Shown here one piece after another: positions 18,476 to 27,375 of a DNA stretch of 64,000 bases (position 1 is the stretch's first letter; the number at the start of each line of letters is the position of its first letter). A program made the translations under genes and the position numbers. Source of the DNA: an uncultured Actinomycetes bacterium (GTDB lineage Bacteria; Actinomycetota; Thermoleophilia; UBA2241); contig CAVRZA010000003.1 of NCBI GenBank assembly GCA_963725665.1, positions 64,001 to 128,000 on the forward strand. The letters are read 5' to 3'. Under the pieces are notes generated by a model. That model saw nothing but the letters and a program-made list of their open reading frames with translations. It did no database searches and was not told where the DNA came from.

Positions 18476-19462
18476 ATGGCGAAGAGCAAGCCACACTCGG
18501 CCCCGGTCACTCCCGCCCTCATGCTCGTCGAGGCGTACCGCATCATCGACGCGGCGCGCTCGCGAGGTGTCGATCTGCGTCTCACGGGCGGGCTGGCCGT
18601 CCGTCACCTCTGCAGCGACGAGGACTTCCTGCGTCGCTCCCACTCCGACATCGACATGGTCGGGCGCCACTCACAGACCGAGGAGCTGGGGGAGGTCTTC
18701 CGACTCTGCGGCTTCGGCGAGAACGTGCAGGTCCTCAGCGCCACCGGTGGCCAGCAGCGCCAGTTCTTCGTGCTGCCGGCGGTCCCCAGGCCGGGGTCGC
18801 CCTCCCGCAAGCGACGACGCGGAGCGGTCGAGTCGACGGATCTGTCCGGTGCTTCGGCTACTGCAGACCCGCCCAGCGTCGCCGCGCCGCACGTCGACGT
18901 CTACCTCGACGTGATGCGCGTCGACCACGACATCTGGATCGGCGACCGCATCGACATCGACGACTACGCCATCTCGCCCGCCGATCTGCTGATCTCAAAG
19001 CTGCAGGCCGGCAGGTTCGAGGAGAAGGACCTGCGCGATGTGGTGGCCGTGGTCAAGGACCTTCCGCTGGGCGACGTCGACGCGGGGCATCAGATCAACG
19101 TCGGTCACATCGCCGCAGTGTGCTCGCGTGATTGGGGCCTCTACCTCGACGTGACCGCCAATATCGACACGGTGGAAGACAGACTAGCGACGTTCGGCCT
19201 CGACGATGAGGTCAAAGCGCGCGTCATCGTGGCCCTCGACGCCATCGAGGACGCCATCGCCGCCGAGGAGAAGACCTTCCGCTGGCGCCTGCGTTCTCGT
19301 TTCGGCAAGCGCGTCGCCTGGCGTCGGGAGATGGAGCACACCGACGGCGCGACGCTGGTCAGCGTCGAGGAGGCGGCTCAGCGGGCAGCGCAGGAGGCCG
19401 CCGCCGACCGCGAGTGGAGCGGCTGGTCGGGATGGGGAGGGAGCCGTCCGCCCAACGAGTAG
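18476..19462 (+). CDS. Uncharacterised nucleotidyltransferase-fold protein
   Basis: LRLTGGLAV...SDIDMV, VDVYLD, DLLISKLQ...EKDLRD, DWGLY. Confidence 0.6.
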   Translation: MAKSKPHSAPVTPALMLVEAYRIIDAARSRGVDLRLTGGLAVRHLCSDEDFLRRSHSDIDMVGRHSQTEELGEVFRLCGFGENVQVLSATGGQQRQFFVLPAVPRPGSPSRKRRRGAVESTDLSGASATADPPSVAAPHVDVYLDVMRVDHDIWIGDRIDIDDYAISPADLLISKLQAGRFEEKDLRDVVAVVKDLPLGDVDAGHQINVGHIAAVCSRDWGLYLDVTANIDTVEDRLATFGLDDEVKARVIVALDAIEDAIAAEEKTFRWRLRSRFGKRVAWRREMEHTDGATLVSVEEAAQRAAQEAAADREWSGWSGWGGSRPPNE

Positions 19463-19491
19463 GTGCCGTCCATCGGCCGAGGCCGGCGAGG

Positions 19492-21513
19492 TCAATCCTT
19501 CTCGGCGGCTCGCCCCCACTCGTCGTACAGCTTCTCCAGCCTGACCTCCGTGGTCGCGCGCTCCTCGGCGAGACGTGCGGCGTAGGCGCGGTCGGCGTAC
19601 GTGTCGGGCTCTGAGAGTTCGGCGTCCAGTTCCCCGAGCTGCTTCTCGGCACGCAGGATGTCGCCCTCGAGCCCGCGCAGGCGCGCCCGCCGGCGCCGCT
19701 CTTCCTCAGCCGTCCGGCTGCGTTCCCTCTTCTGCGCCGCCGCGGCGGCGCCGGCGGGCGCGCCGCCTCTCGCGGAGGGCTTGCTCCCGGATGGCATGAC
19801 CGGCGGTCTCTCCAGTGCTATCGACTCGCCGGTGGTTGATTCCTCGCTGCGCGCGGCGCGTGCCTCCCAGTAACGGTCGACGGAGAGATGGTTCAGCAGG
19901 CGGTCATCGTGGATCTCGAGCACGCGCGAGGCCACGGCGTCGATCAGGTGGCGGTCGTGGGTCACGATGACGACTGTGCCGGTGTACTCGGTGAGGGCCA
20001 CGGCGAGCGCCTCGACCGACTCCATGTCGAGGTGATTGGTGGGCTCGTCGAGGAGGAGGAAGTTGGCCTCGCTCGTCAACAGCGTGAGCAAACGCAGGCG
20101 GCTGCGCTCGCCGCCGGAGATCTGCGCTACGAGCTTCGCCGCGTCGTCGGCGCTGAAGAGGAAGCGACCCAAGAGTCCGCGTGCGGCCTGTTCGTCGTGA
20201 CCGGCCAGAGGGAGAACGCTCTGCAGCACGGTCGCCTGCTCGTCGAGCTCGCGACCCTGCTGCGAGAAGTAGGCGACGCGGACGTTGTGACCGACGTGCA
20301 CGATCCCCTGGCCGAAGGTGCGCAGGCCGGCGATCGTCTCCACGAGGGTGGTCTTGCCGGACCCGTTCGGCCCCAGCAGGGCGACCTTCTCGCCGCGCTC
20401 GACGACGAGGTCGATGTCGCGCAGCAGCACGCGAGTGTTGCCGTCGTTGCGCTCGTCCGTCGGCTGCGGCTGGCCCAGTGCTTCGCTGGCCCCACCGACG
20501 ATCAGCCGCAGGGCCTTCATCTCGAGGACCACGCGCGCTGAGGGCTTGGGCTGGGGGAGACCGAGCCGCAGCGTTCTGGCCTTGCGTGGCGGCGCCTTGA
20601 GGTCGCGCTTGATGCGCTCCATCTGCGTGAGCTTGGCCTTGGCCTGCTTGGCCTTGTTCTTCTTGGCGTGGAAGCGGTCGTAGTAGCGCTGCAACTGGGC
20701 GATCTTCTCCTGCGCCTGCTCGTACTCGCGCGCCAGCAGGTCGCCGGCCGCCTCGCGCTCGCGCACGTACGTGGCGAAGTCGGCTCCTATCCCGGCCACC
20801 TGCTCGTGCTCCAGGGCCAGCACGCGCGAGCCGACGCGTTCCAGCAGGCGCCGGTCGTGGGTCACGAGGACGAAGGCACCCTTGTAGGCGAGGAGGTACT
20901 CCTCGAGCCACTCCACGGAGTCGATGTCGAGGTGGTTGGTGGGCTCGTCGAGAAGGAGCAGGTCGGGGGCGGCGAGCAGGCCGCGCGCCAGGGTGGCGCG
21001 CGTGAGCTCGCCGCCCGACAGCGAGAGCAGGCGGCGCTCGAGGAACGCGGCCGGCAGGCCCAGCCCCTCGATCACGCTCTCGAGCTGTGTCTGGTAGCCG
21101 TAGCCGCCGGCGAGCTCGAAGCGGTGCTGCAGGTCCTGATAGTCGCGCAGCGCCGCTTCGAGCTCGCGACTGCCCTCGGGCAGGCGCCCGAGCTGCTGCT
21201 CGGCGGCTCGCAGGCGTGCTTCGAGGCGTGGCGCCTCGCCGAACGCGTCGAGCAGGTAGTCGCGCAGTGGCCTGTCGCTGTGCAGCTCGGGCGTCTGCTC
21301 GTGCAGCCAGATGCGGCGCCCGCGCGCACGCGCGATGCGACCCTCATCGGCGTGCTCAGTGCCGGCGATGAGGCGCAGCAAGGTCGTCTTTCCGGTCCCG
21401 TTGCGCCCCACGAGCACGGCGTGGTCGCGCGCGTCGAGCGCGAACGACACGCCGGCGAACAGGCGACGGCTGCCGAACGATTTGGCGATGTTGTCGCAGG
21501 TCACGAGAGGCAC
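19492..21513 (-). CDS. ABC-F family ATP-binding protein (Uup/YheS-like)
   Basis: Two ABC cassettes (GRNGTGKTT/LSGGE/LLDEPTNHLD and GPNGSGKTT/ISGGE/LLDEPTNHLD), no TM segments, C-terminal coiled coil ending LYDEW. Confidence 0.93.
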   Translation of the reverse strand: MPLVTCDNIAKSFGSRRLFAGVSFALDARDHAVLVGRNGTGKTTLLRLIAGTEHADEGRIARARGRRIWLHEQTPELHSDRPLRDYLLDAFGEAPRLEARLRAAEQQLGRLPEGSRELEAALRDYQDLQHRFELAGGYGYQTQLESVIEGLGLPAAFLERRLLSLSGGELTRATLARGLLAAPDLLLLDEPTNHLDIDSVEWLEEYLLAYKGAFVLVTHDRRLLERVGSRVLALEHEQVAGIGADFATYVREREAAGDLLAREYEQAQEKIAQLQRYYDRFHAKKNKAKQAKAKLTQMERIKRDLKAPPRKARTLRLGLPQPKPSARVVLEMKALRLIVGGASEALGQPQPTDERNDGNTRVLLRDIDLVVERGEKVALLGPNGSGKTTLVETIAGLRTFGQGIVHVGHNVRVAYFSQQGRELDEQATVLQSVLPLAGHDEQAARGLLGRFLFSADDAAKLVAQISGGERSRLRLLTLLTSEANFLLLDEPTNHLDMESVEALAVALTEYTGTVVIVTHDRHLIDAVASRVLEIHDDRLLNHLSVDRYWEARAARSEESTTGESIALERPPVMPSGSKPSARGGAPAGAAAAAQKRERSRTAEEERRRRARLRGLEGDILRAEKQLGELDAELSEPDTYADRAYAARLAEERATTEVRLEKLYDEWGRAAEKD

Positions 21514-21614
21514 GGCGCACCAGTATAGCGGCTTGGCCTGCGGGCACACCGGTAGGGCGGTTCCCGCGGCGGCCGGCGGTAGTCGTAGGGTAGTATGTCC
21601 TGGCCTCGACAAGG

Positions 21615-22226
21615 ATGTGCGCCGTGCTGGAGTTCCCCGGTTTCGACCATATCTACAGGCTCGACGATCCCATCGACTACCACTGGCTGCAGGCGGATTG
21701 TGAGGACGCCGGCGGCCTGGAGCGGCAGGACGCGCTCGTCCGTTCCCGAGTGAAGCCACCCAGCCCAGTCACGTTCAGATGGGCAGAGGGCAAGTCGCGC
21801 CCGGCCGATTTCGTCTGGTCGATCGGCCTGCCGCTCGTCAGTGAGCTCGTCGTCGGGCTCCTGGTGCAAAACCGCTTCACGGGGTGGTCTTCCTACAAGG
21901 CAGGGTTGCTGGGCCGGGACAGGGAGGAGATCGACGGGTACCACGGTCTTGCCGTCTCGGGCCGCTGCGGGGAGGTCGACGACGATCGCTGCGACGCGTA
22001 CCTCGAGGAGTTCCCGGGTGGTCCGGACGTGGTGTCCCGGGGGATGTACTTCGAGCCCGCGACCTGGGACGGCACCGACATCTTCATGCCCGAGGGTGAG
22101 CACTACTGGTGGATCTTCGTCACAGAGGGCGTGAAGCTTGCGCTGCAAGAAGCGAAGGTGCGCAACGTCTCCCTGACCCCGCTGCCACGGGTCGACAGAC
22201 CGGGGCTGGACATCGGCCTGGAGTAG
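21615..22226 (+). CDS. Imm43/DUF1629-like hypothetical protein
   Basis: PADFVW...LVSE...FTGW...WDGTDIF...IFVTEGVKLAL...NV pattern, recognised by eye. Confidence 0.5.
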   Translation: MCAVLEFPGFDHIYRLDDPIDYHWLQADCEDAGGLERQDALVRSRVKPPSPVTFRWAEGKSRPADFVWSIGLPLVSELVVGLLVQNRFTGWSSYKAGLLGRDREEIDGYHGLAVSGRCGEVDDDRCDAYLEEFPGGPDVVSRGMYFEPATWDGTDIFMPEGEHYWWIFVTEGVKLALQEAKVRNVSLTPLPRVDRPGLDIGLE

Positions 22227-22287
22227 CAGGGTTGGCGCTGGGCCTGCGACGCTCCCGGGTCGCTCCCACGCTCTGTTCAGCGATCCT

Positions 22288-23142
22288 CTAGGCGTCGCGC
22301 AGCAGCGGGAAGGTCATGCAGTGCGGTCCGCCGCCGCCCTTGAGCAGCTGGGTGATCTCGGGCGCGATGACTTCGAGTCCCAGCGCCCTGAGTCGCTCGT
22401 TGACGGCCGAGTTGCCGGCGAAGGTCAGGACCCTGCCGTCACCCAGCGCCTGGATGTTGCAGTGGTGTTTGAAGACGCCCTCGCTCGGCACGTCGACGAT
22501 CTCGTAGCGCCGCTTCCGCAGCTGCCGCAGGAAGGCCTCCGGGAGCTGCTCGGCAGCGGCGACGGCCACCTGCGGAGCGACGATGTTGAAGGCCATGTCG
22601 AGGTGCAGGTTCTTGGAGGCAAGCTGGACGCCGGTCACGGTGTAGCCGAGCGGCTCGAGCAGCTCGCGGGCGTTGGTGACTCCATTCCAAGTCGTGCGCG
22701 CCGCGACTCCTTGCACTACCGTCGCTCCGTCGAGGAACCAGAAGTCGCCGCCCTCGAACGCGCCGCGGCTGATGCGACCGACCACCGGCAGGCCGAGATC
22801 AGCAACGACGCGCTCGTAGACGAGCTCTTCGCCCTGGCGCACCGGCTCCCTGAAGGACCCGATGAGGACTCCTTCGGCGAGGCAGGCGCCGAAGTCGCGC
22901 GCGTAGACCATGTAGGGCAGGTCGGGCTGCGGTTCGGCCAGCATGACCTCGACACCCGCGGAGCGATACGCGTCGGCGAGTTCGTCGTGCTCGCGCGCCA
23001 CGGCGGCCAGGTCGGCCACCTCGCCGCGCGCGAGCACGGCCTTGGTGATCTCGTTGATGGGGTGGAAGCTCAAGTAGGTCGGCGGGCAGAGCAGCACCTT
23101 GCGCAGCCGGCCGGTCGAGTTTGGGACGTAGTCCATGATCAC
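22288..23142 (-). CDS. Amidinotransferase/DDAH/deiminase (pentein) family protein
   Basis: YARD, RQGE, FEGGD, HLD, GGGPHCMT carry the Cys-His-Asp catalytic residues. Confidence 0.9.
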   Translation of the reverse strand: MIMDYVPNSTGRLRKVLLCPPTYLSFHPINEITKAVLARGEVADLAAVAREHDELADAYRSAGVEVMLAEPQPDLPYMVYARDFGACLAEGVLIGSFREPVRQGEELVYERVVADLGLPVVGRISRGAFEGGDFWFLDGATVVQGVAARTTWNGVTNARELLEPLGYTVTGVQLASKNLHLDMAFNIVAPQVAVAAAEQLPEAFLRQLRKRRYEIVDVPSEGVFKHHCNIQALGDGRVLTFAGNSAVNERLRALGLEVIAPEITQLLKGGGGPHCMTFPLLRDA

Positions 23143-23152
23143 TCCTTGTTCA

Positions 23153-23410
23153 TCACTCCGGCTCCAGTGCGACGGCGCGCACAGGCGCGCCGTCGCACCC
23201 CGCCAGGTTCCCCGCCTGGGTGCCGAGGTGCACGTGGCTCAGGTTGTATCCCTCGTTAGCCACCGTCGTCGCGGTGAAGATGCGCGGCTCAGGGTCACCG
23301 GGGTAGACCGGCGTCGACGCGGTCAGCGGGTGCGAGAGGTCGACGACGCGGACTGCCGTCGGTCGGCCGTCCGGGCCCGGCGCGCACCAGGACGGTAGCG
23401 CGACGCTCAC
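23153..23410 (-). pseudogene. Internally deleted cyclase-family gene (85 aa)
   Basis: N-terminal VVDLSHPL...VYPGDPEP...HLGTQAG is joined directly to C-terminal LAGCDGAPVRAVA; the HxD motif and core are absent. GTG overlaps the transcarbamylase stop. Confidence 0.8.
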
Positions 23411-24345
23411 GACGCCATCGTCAGCGCGAGCACCGCCTTCTCGGTGTGCATGCGGTTCTCGCCCTGGTCCCAGAAGACGCAGTAGGGACTCTCGATGGCC
23501 TCGTCGACCATGTCCTCGCCGCGGTAGCCGGGCAGGCAGTGCATGTAGATGACGTCGGGCTTCGCCATCCCGAGCACGCGCAGGTTCACCTGGTAGGGAC
23601 GGAAGTCGACGAGGCGCTGCTCGAGGTTCTCGGTGGCCATCGAATGCCAGGTGTTGCCGTAGATCACGTCGGCCCCGGAGGCGACCTCCTCGAGGTCGCT
23701 CGCGAAGACGATCCTGGACCCGGAGAGGGCGGCCCACTTCTGCGCTACGGCGAGCTGCCCGGCGTCGGGCCGGTAGCTGTCGTTTGGTTGCGCGGCGTAG
23801 AAGTCGGCGCCCATCATGGCGCAGCCCATCATCAGCGAGTAGCAGACGTTCCAGATATCGCCCAGGTAGCTGACCTTGAGGCCCTTGAAGCCGCCCTTCT
23901 TCTCCTCAATCGTCATCAGGTCGCAGAGGCCTTGGCAGGGGTGCGTCAGGTTGGTGAGGGCGTTGATGACCGGGTTGCGCATCCACTGCGCGAACTCCTC
24001 GACGATCTCCTGCCCGAAGGTACGGATGACCAGGGCGTCGCAGTAGCGGTCGATGATGCGGGCCGTGTCGGGGATCGGCTCACCGCGCGAGGTCTGCAGC
24101 TCGTCGGGGCGCAAGAAGAAGCTCTGTGCGCCGAGGTGGGCGATGGCGGCCTGGAAGCTCACGCGCGTGCGCGTCGAGGGCTTCTCGAAAAGGACGGCCA
24201 CCGTCTTGCCGCGCAACGGCTCGAAGTGCTCGCCCATGGCGCGCTTGCGTTTGAGCTCGATGGCCGTGTCGACGAGGTAGGCGACCTCTTCGGGGGTGAA
24301 GTCGGCCAGCTTCAAGAAGTCCTTGCCTTGGAAGTGATGCAGCAT
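23407..24345 (-). CDS. argF: Ornithine carbamoyltransferase-like transcarbamylase with an atypical acceptor loop
   Basis: STRTRVSF, HPCQ, HCLP and ENR are present; the acceptor loop reads NTWHSMA. Confidence 0.8.
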   Translation of the reverse strand: MLHHFQGKDFLKLADFTPEEVAYLVDTAIELKRKRAMGEHFEPLRGKTVAVLFEKPSTRTRVSFQAAIAHLGAQSFFLRPDELQTSRGEPIPDTARIIDRYCDALVIRTFGQEIVEEFAQWMRNPVINALTNLTHPCQGLCDLMTIEEKKGGFKGLKVSYLGDIWNVCYSLMMGCAMMGADFYAAQPNDSYRPDAGQLAVAQKWAALSGSRIVFASDLEEVASGADVIYGNTWHSMATENLEQRLVDFRPYQVNLRVLGMAKPDVIYMHCLPGYRGEDMVDEAIESPYCVFWDQGENRMHTEKAVLALTMAS

Positions 24346-24374
24346 CGATCGCTCCTCCTTCGTCTCTGGCGCGA

Positions 24375-24550
24375 CTACCCCGAGGTCATCTGCACGTTGA
24401 CAACGGTGTCGCCGCTGATGGTGACGATAACGCCTCGCAGCAGCCCCTCGCCGTACTCGCTCCCGGGGTTGACCGCGATCGTGCGCCCGATCGCGGTCTG
24501 ACCGCGCGACTCGTGGATGTGGCCGTGCAACGACAGCAGGGGCTGATACC
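24375..24550 (-). pseudogene. C-terminal remnant of an Icc-like metallophosphoesterase
   Basis: YQPLLSLHGHIHESRGQTAIGRTIAVNPGSEYGEGLLRGVIV...MTSG*; no start codon between it and the cyclase stop. Confidence 0.75.
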
Positions 24551-24568
24551 TCGCAGGCGCCGCACCGC

Positions 24569-25201
24569 TCAGACCTCCCAGGCGACCGCCCGCACCGGCG
24601 AGCCGTCGAGCCCCGTCAGGCGCAGCGGCAAGAAGGCGAAGCGGTAGAGGCGCCCGCGCTCCAGGCGGTCCAGGCCACGGAGGTTTTCGACGACGAGCAC
24701 GTCGCTGCCGAGGAGGATCTCATGGACGGTCGCGCGCCCCTGTAGGGTGGAGTCGACGTTCAGGGCGTCGATCGCGACGAGGCCGACGCCGGCGGCGACG
24801 AGCCGCCGCGCGGCCTCGTCGCTCACGTAGGGGTGGCTGAGGTAGCCGTCGCCGCCCCACCTGGCGTCCCACCCCGTGTATAGGACGACGGCGCCGCCGT
24901 GCGGCAGTCCGACGACCGACGGGGCGATCAGCGGCCACTCGATGGGCGCGTCGGGGCCGAGACCGAGAGCCGGTACGACGACGCCGGAGACCACGAAACG
25001 CTCCAGGGGGTAGGCGTCGATCGTGGTGGCTTCCGGGATGTAGTGGCTCGCGGCGTCGATGTGGGTGCCCGTGTGGCTCCCCAGGTGCAGCCTGCTGACG
25101 CGCCAGGGTTCGGTCGCCCCGGCGTCTTCTATGCGTGGTTCCGGGTCTCCCGGAAAGATCGTCATGCCGTTCTCGACGGCGTGACTGAGATCGATGTACA
25201 T
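24569..25201 (-). CDS. Cyclase family protein (kynurenine formamidase-like)
   Basis: IDLSH, FPGDP, HTGTHIDA, YTGW, IDALNVD, VENL, DGSPVRAVA. Confidence 0.92.
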   Translation of the reverse strand: MYIDLSHAVENGMTIFPGDPEPRIEDAGATEPWRVSRLHLGSHTGTHIDAASHYIPEATTIDAYPLERFVVSGVVVPALGLGPDAPIEWPLIAPSVVGLPHGGAVVLYTGWDARWGGDGYLSHPYVSDEAARRLVAAGVGLVAIDALNVDSTLQGRATVHEILLGSDVLVVENLRGLDRLERGRLYRFAFLPLRLTGLDGSPVRAVAWEV

Positions 25202-25287
25202 GGCCGGACTCCTCACATCCCGCCCCGCGGGCGGCTACTGTAGCATAGAAGGAGGCAGACGAACCCCAACAACACGCCGAGGTCGAC

Positions 25288-26781
25288 ATGGTCATCACAC
25301 GACAGACGACGATCCACACCCTCGTGAAGGAGTACCCCTTCCTCATCGACTACCTCGTGGACTACAACCCCGAGTTCAAGAAGCTGGCCAACCCCGTCCT
25401 GCGGCGCACCATGGGTCGTATGGCGACGCTCGAGCGCGCTGCCGGTATGGCCGGCGTGCCGCTCGAACAGCTGCAGCACGACATCGCGGCTGAGATCGAG
25501 CGTGTCACCGGTATCATGCCCGAGGTGCGCGCCGCGGCCGGCTTCGCCGACGTCGACCAGGCGCGTCAGGAGGAGCTCAAGGCTATCGTCAGGGAGCTGC
25601 ACGCCGGGGCCTCGCCAGACGACTTGAAAGACCGCTTCGCCGAGCTGATCGAAGACGTCGACGCCACCGAGATCGCGGCCATGGAGCAGCGGCTCATCGA
25701 GGAGGGGATCCCGGAGACCGAGGTGAAGCGCCTCTGCGATGTGCACGTTCAGGTCTTCGCCGAGTCCCTCGATGAGCACGAAGCGGTGCAGGCTCCGGCC
25801 GGGCACCCCGTCGACACGTTCATGCGCGAGAACCAGGCCTTCCGCCAGGTTCTCGTCTCGCTGCGCAAGGTCAGCGAAGCCATCGGCCGGCCGGCGCGGC
25901 GTGAGGAGTGGGAGAGGCTCACGCCGGCCTTCCGCGCGACCGTCGACCGCGTGCGCGAGTTCGAACGTCACTACGTGCGCAAGGAGAACCAGCTCTTTCC
26001 GTTTCTCGAGCGCCACGGGGTCGAAGGGCCCTCGAAGGTGATGTGGGCGCTCCATGACGACATCCGTGCCGTGATCCGCGAGCTGCGCGCGGCCCTCGAC
26101 CGACAGGACCCCGATGCGGCCGTGCAGCACGCGGAGGAGCTCGTCACGATGGGCGACGACATGATCTACAAGGAGGAGAAGATCCTCTTCCCGATGGCCA
26201 TGGACAACCTCTCCGACGAGGAGTGGGTCGAGATCAGGCGCGGCGAGCCTGAGATCGGCTACGCCCTCATCGGCGAGCCGTCGGGCTGGCCCAACGTCAC
26301 GGTCCCCGCCGGCGACGGCGGCGCGGCCACTCCGGGTGCTGCGGCCATCCCGCCTCCCGGCGCCATCGAGGCTTCCCGCGCGGGCCTCGCGCTCGACACC
26401 GGCGTCCTGACCCTGGAGCAGCTCAACGAGATGCTGCGCGCGCTGCCCGTCGACGTCACCTACGTCGATGAGAACGACCAGGTGCGCTACTACTCCGAAG
26501 GCGAGCGCGTGTTCCCGCGCAGTCCGGCGGTGATCGGGCGCAAGGTGCAGAACTGCCACCCGCCGGCGAGCGTACACAAGGTGCTGCAGATCCTCGACGC
26601 CTTCCGCGCCGGCGATAAGGACGTGGCTGAGTTCTGGATCGAGTCCGCGGGACGCTTCATCTACATCCGCTACTTCGCGTTGCGCGGCGACGACGGGATC
26701 TACCGCGGCACGCTTGAAGTCGTGCAGGACGCGACGCGGGTGCGCGAGCTGGAAGGCCAGCGCCGGCTGCTCGACTGGTGA
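25288..26781 (+). CDS. DUF438-type protein (DUF1858 + DUF438 + hemerythrin + PAS)
   Basis: YPFLIDYL...FKKLANP, RLCDVH, GHPVDTF, HYVRKENQLFP, VMWALHDD, KEEKILFP, IGRKVQNCHPP. Confidence 0.9.
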   Translation: MVITRQTTIHTLVKEYPFLIDYLVDYNPEFKKLANPVLRRTMGRMATLERAAGMAGVPLEQLQHDIAAEIERVTGIMPEVRAAAGFADVDQARQEELKAIVRELHAGASPDDLKDRFAELIEDVDATEIAAMEQRLIEEGIPETEVKRLCDVHVQVFAESLDEHEAVQAPAGHPVDTFMRENQAFRQVLVSLRKVSEAIGRPARREEWERLTPAFRATVDRVREFERHYVRKENQLFPFLERHGVEGPSKVMWALHDDIRAVIRELRAALDRQDPDAAVQHAEELVTMGDDMIYKEEKILFPMAMDNLSDEEWVEIRRGEPEIGYALIGEPSGWPNVTVPAGDGGAATPGAAAIPPPGAIEASRAGLALDTGVLTLEQLNEMLRALPVDVTYVDENDQVRYYSEGERVFPRSPAVIGRKVQNCHPPASVHKVLQILDAFRAGDKDVAEFWIESAGRFIYIRYFALRGDDGIYRGTLEVVQDATRVRELEGQRRLLDW

Positions 26782-26865
26782 GGGGTCCGTCTGGCGCCGG
26801 GCGCTGTGGGTCGCCGACCGGCGCCTGAGGCATCCCGTGAACGCGACGCTCCAAGGGAGGACGAC

Positions 26866-27291
26866 ATGACGCTGGACCTGCGCTACGGGACGCTGGCGGG
26901 AGCACCGCAGGCGGGCGGGCTCTCGGCAGAGGAGACGGACCTCATCCTGCGACACCTGCCCGTGCAGACGTCGTTCGCCGACGCCGAGGGGACGCTGTTG
27001 TGGTGGCACGGCGAGATCTTCGCCGACTGCGAAGAGCGCTCGATCGGCCGTCACGTCAACGACTGCCACGCGCCGTCGTCACGGCCGACGATCGATCGCA
27101 TGGTCGAGGAGTTCCGCGCCGGGACCAAGGATGCGGCGACCTTCTGGAAGCTCGATGAGGGTCGGCTGATCCTGTTCCGCTACATCGCCGTGCGCGACGA
27201 CGGGGGCGCCTACCGCGGCATTCTCGAGACGCTCGAGGACATCACCGAGATCAAAGATCTCGAGGGCGAGAAGAAGACGCTCGACTGGTAG
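26866..27291 (+). CDS. Stand-alone PAS (PAS_10-like) protein, paralogous to the C-terminus of the upstream gene
   Basis: ILRHLPV...IGRHVNDCH...FW...YIAVRD...YRGILE...LEGEKKTLDW mirrors the upstream C-terminus (LEGQRRLLDW). Confidence 0.85.
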   Translation: MTLDLRYGTLAGAPQAGGLSAEETDLILRHLPVQTSFADAEGTLLWWHGEIFADCEERSIGRHVNDCHAPSSRPTIDRMVEEFRAGTKDAATFWKLDEGRLILFRYIAVRDDGGAYRGILETLEDITEIKDLEGEKKTLDW

Positions 27292-27293
27292 CT

Positions 27294-27334
27294 GCTGGCG
27301 GGCGGCGGGCGGAGTCCGCCCGCCGCCCGCCAGC
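27294..27334. terminator. Bidirectional hairpin between convergent genes
   Basis: GCTGGCGGGCGGCGGGCGG / CCGCCCGCCGCCCGCCAGC stem of about 19 bp. Confidence 0.7.
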
Positions 27335-27375
27335 TCGTCTCGACCGCAGTGCGTCAGCCCGCGCGGTGCCGGTCC

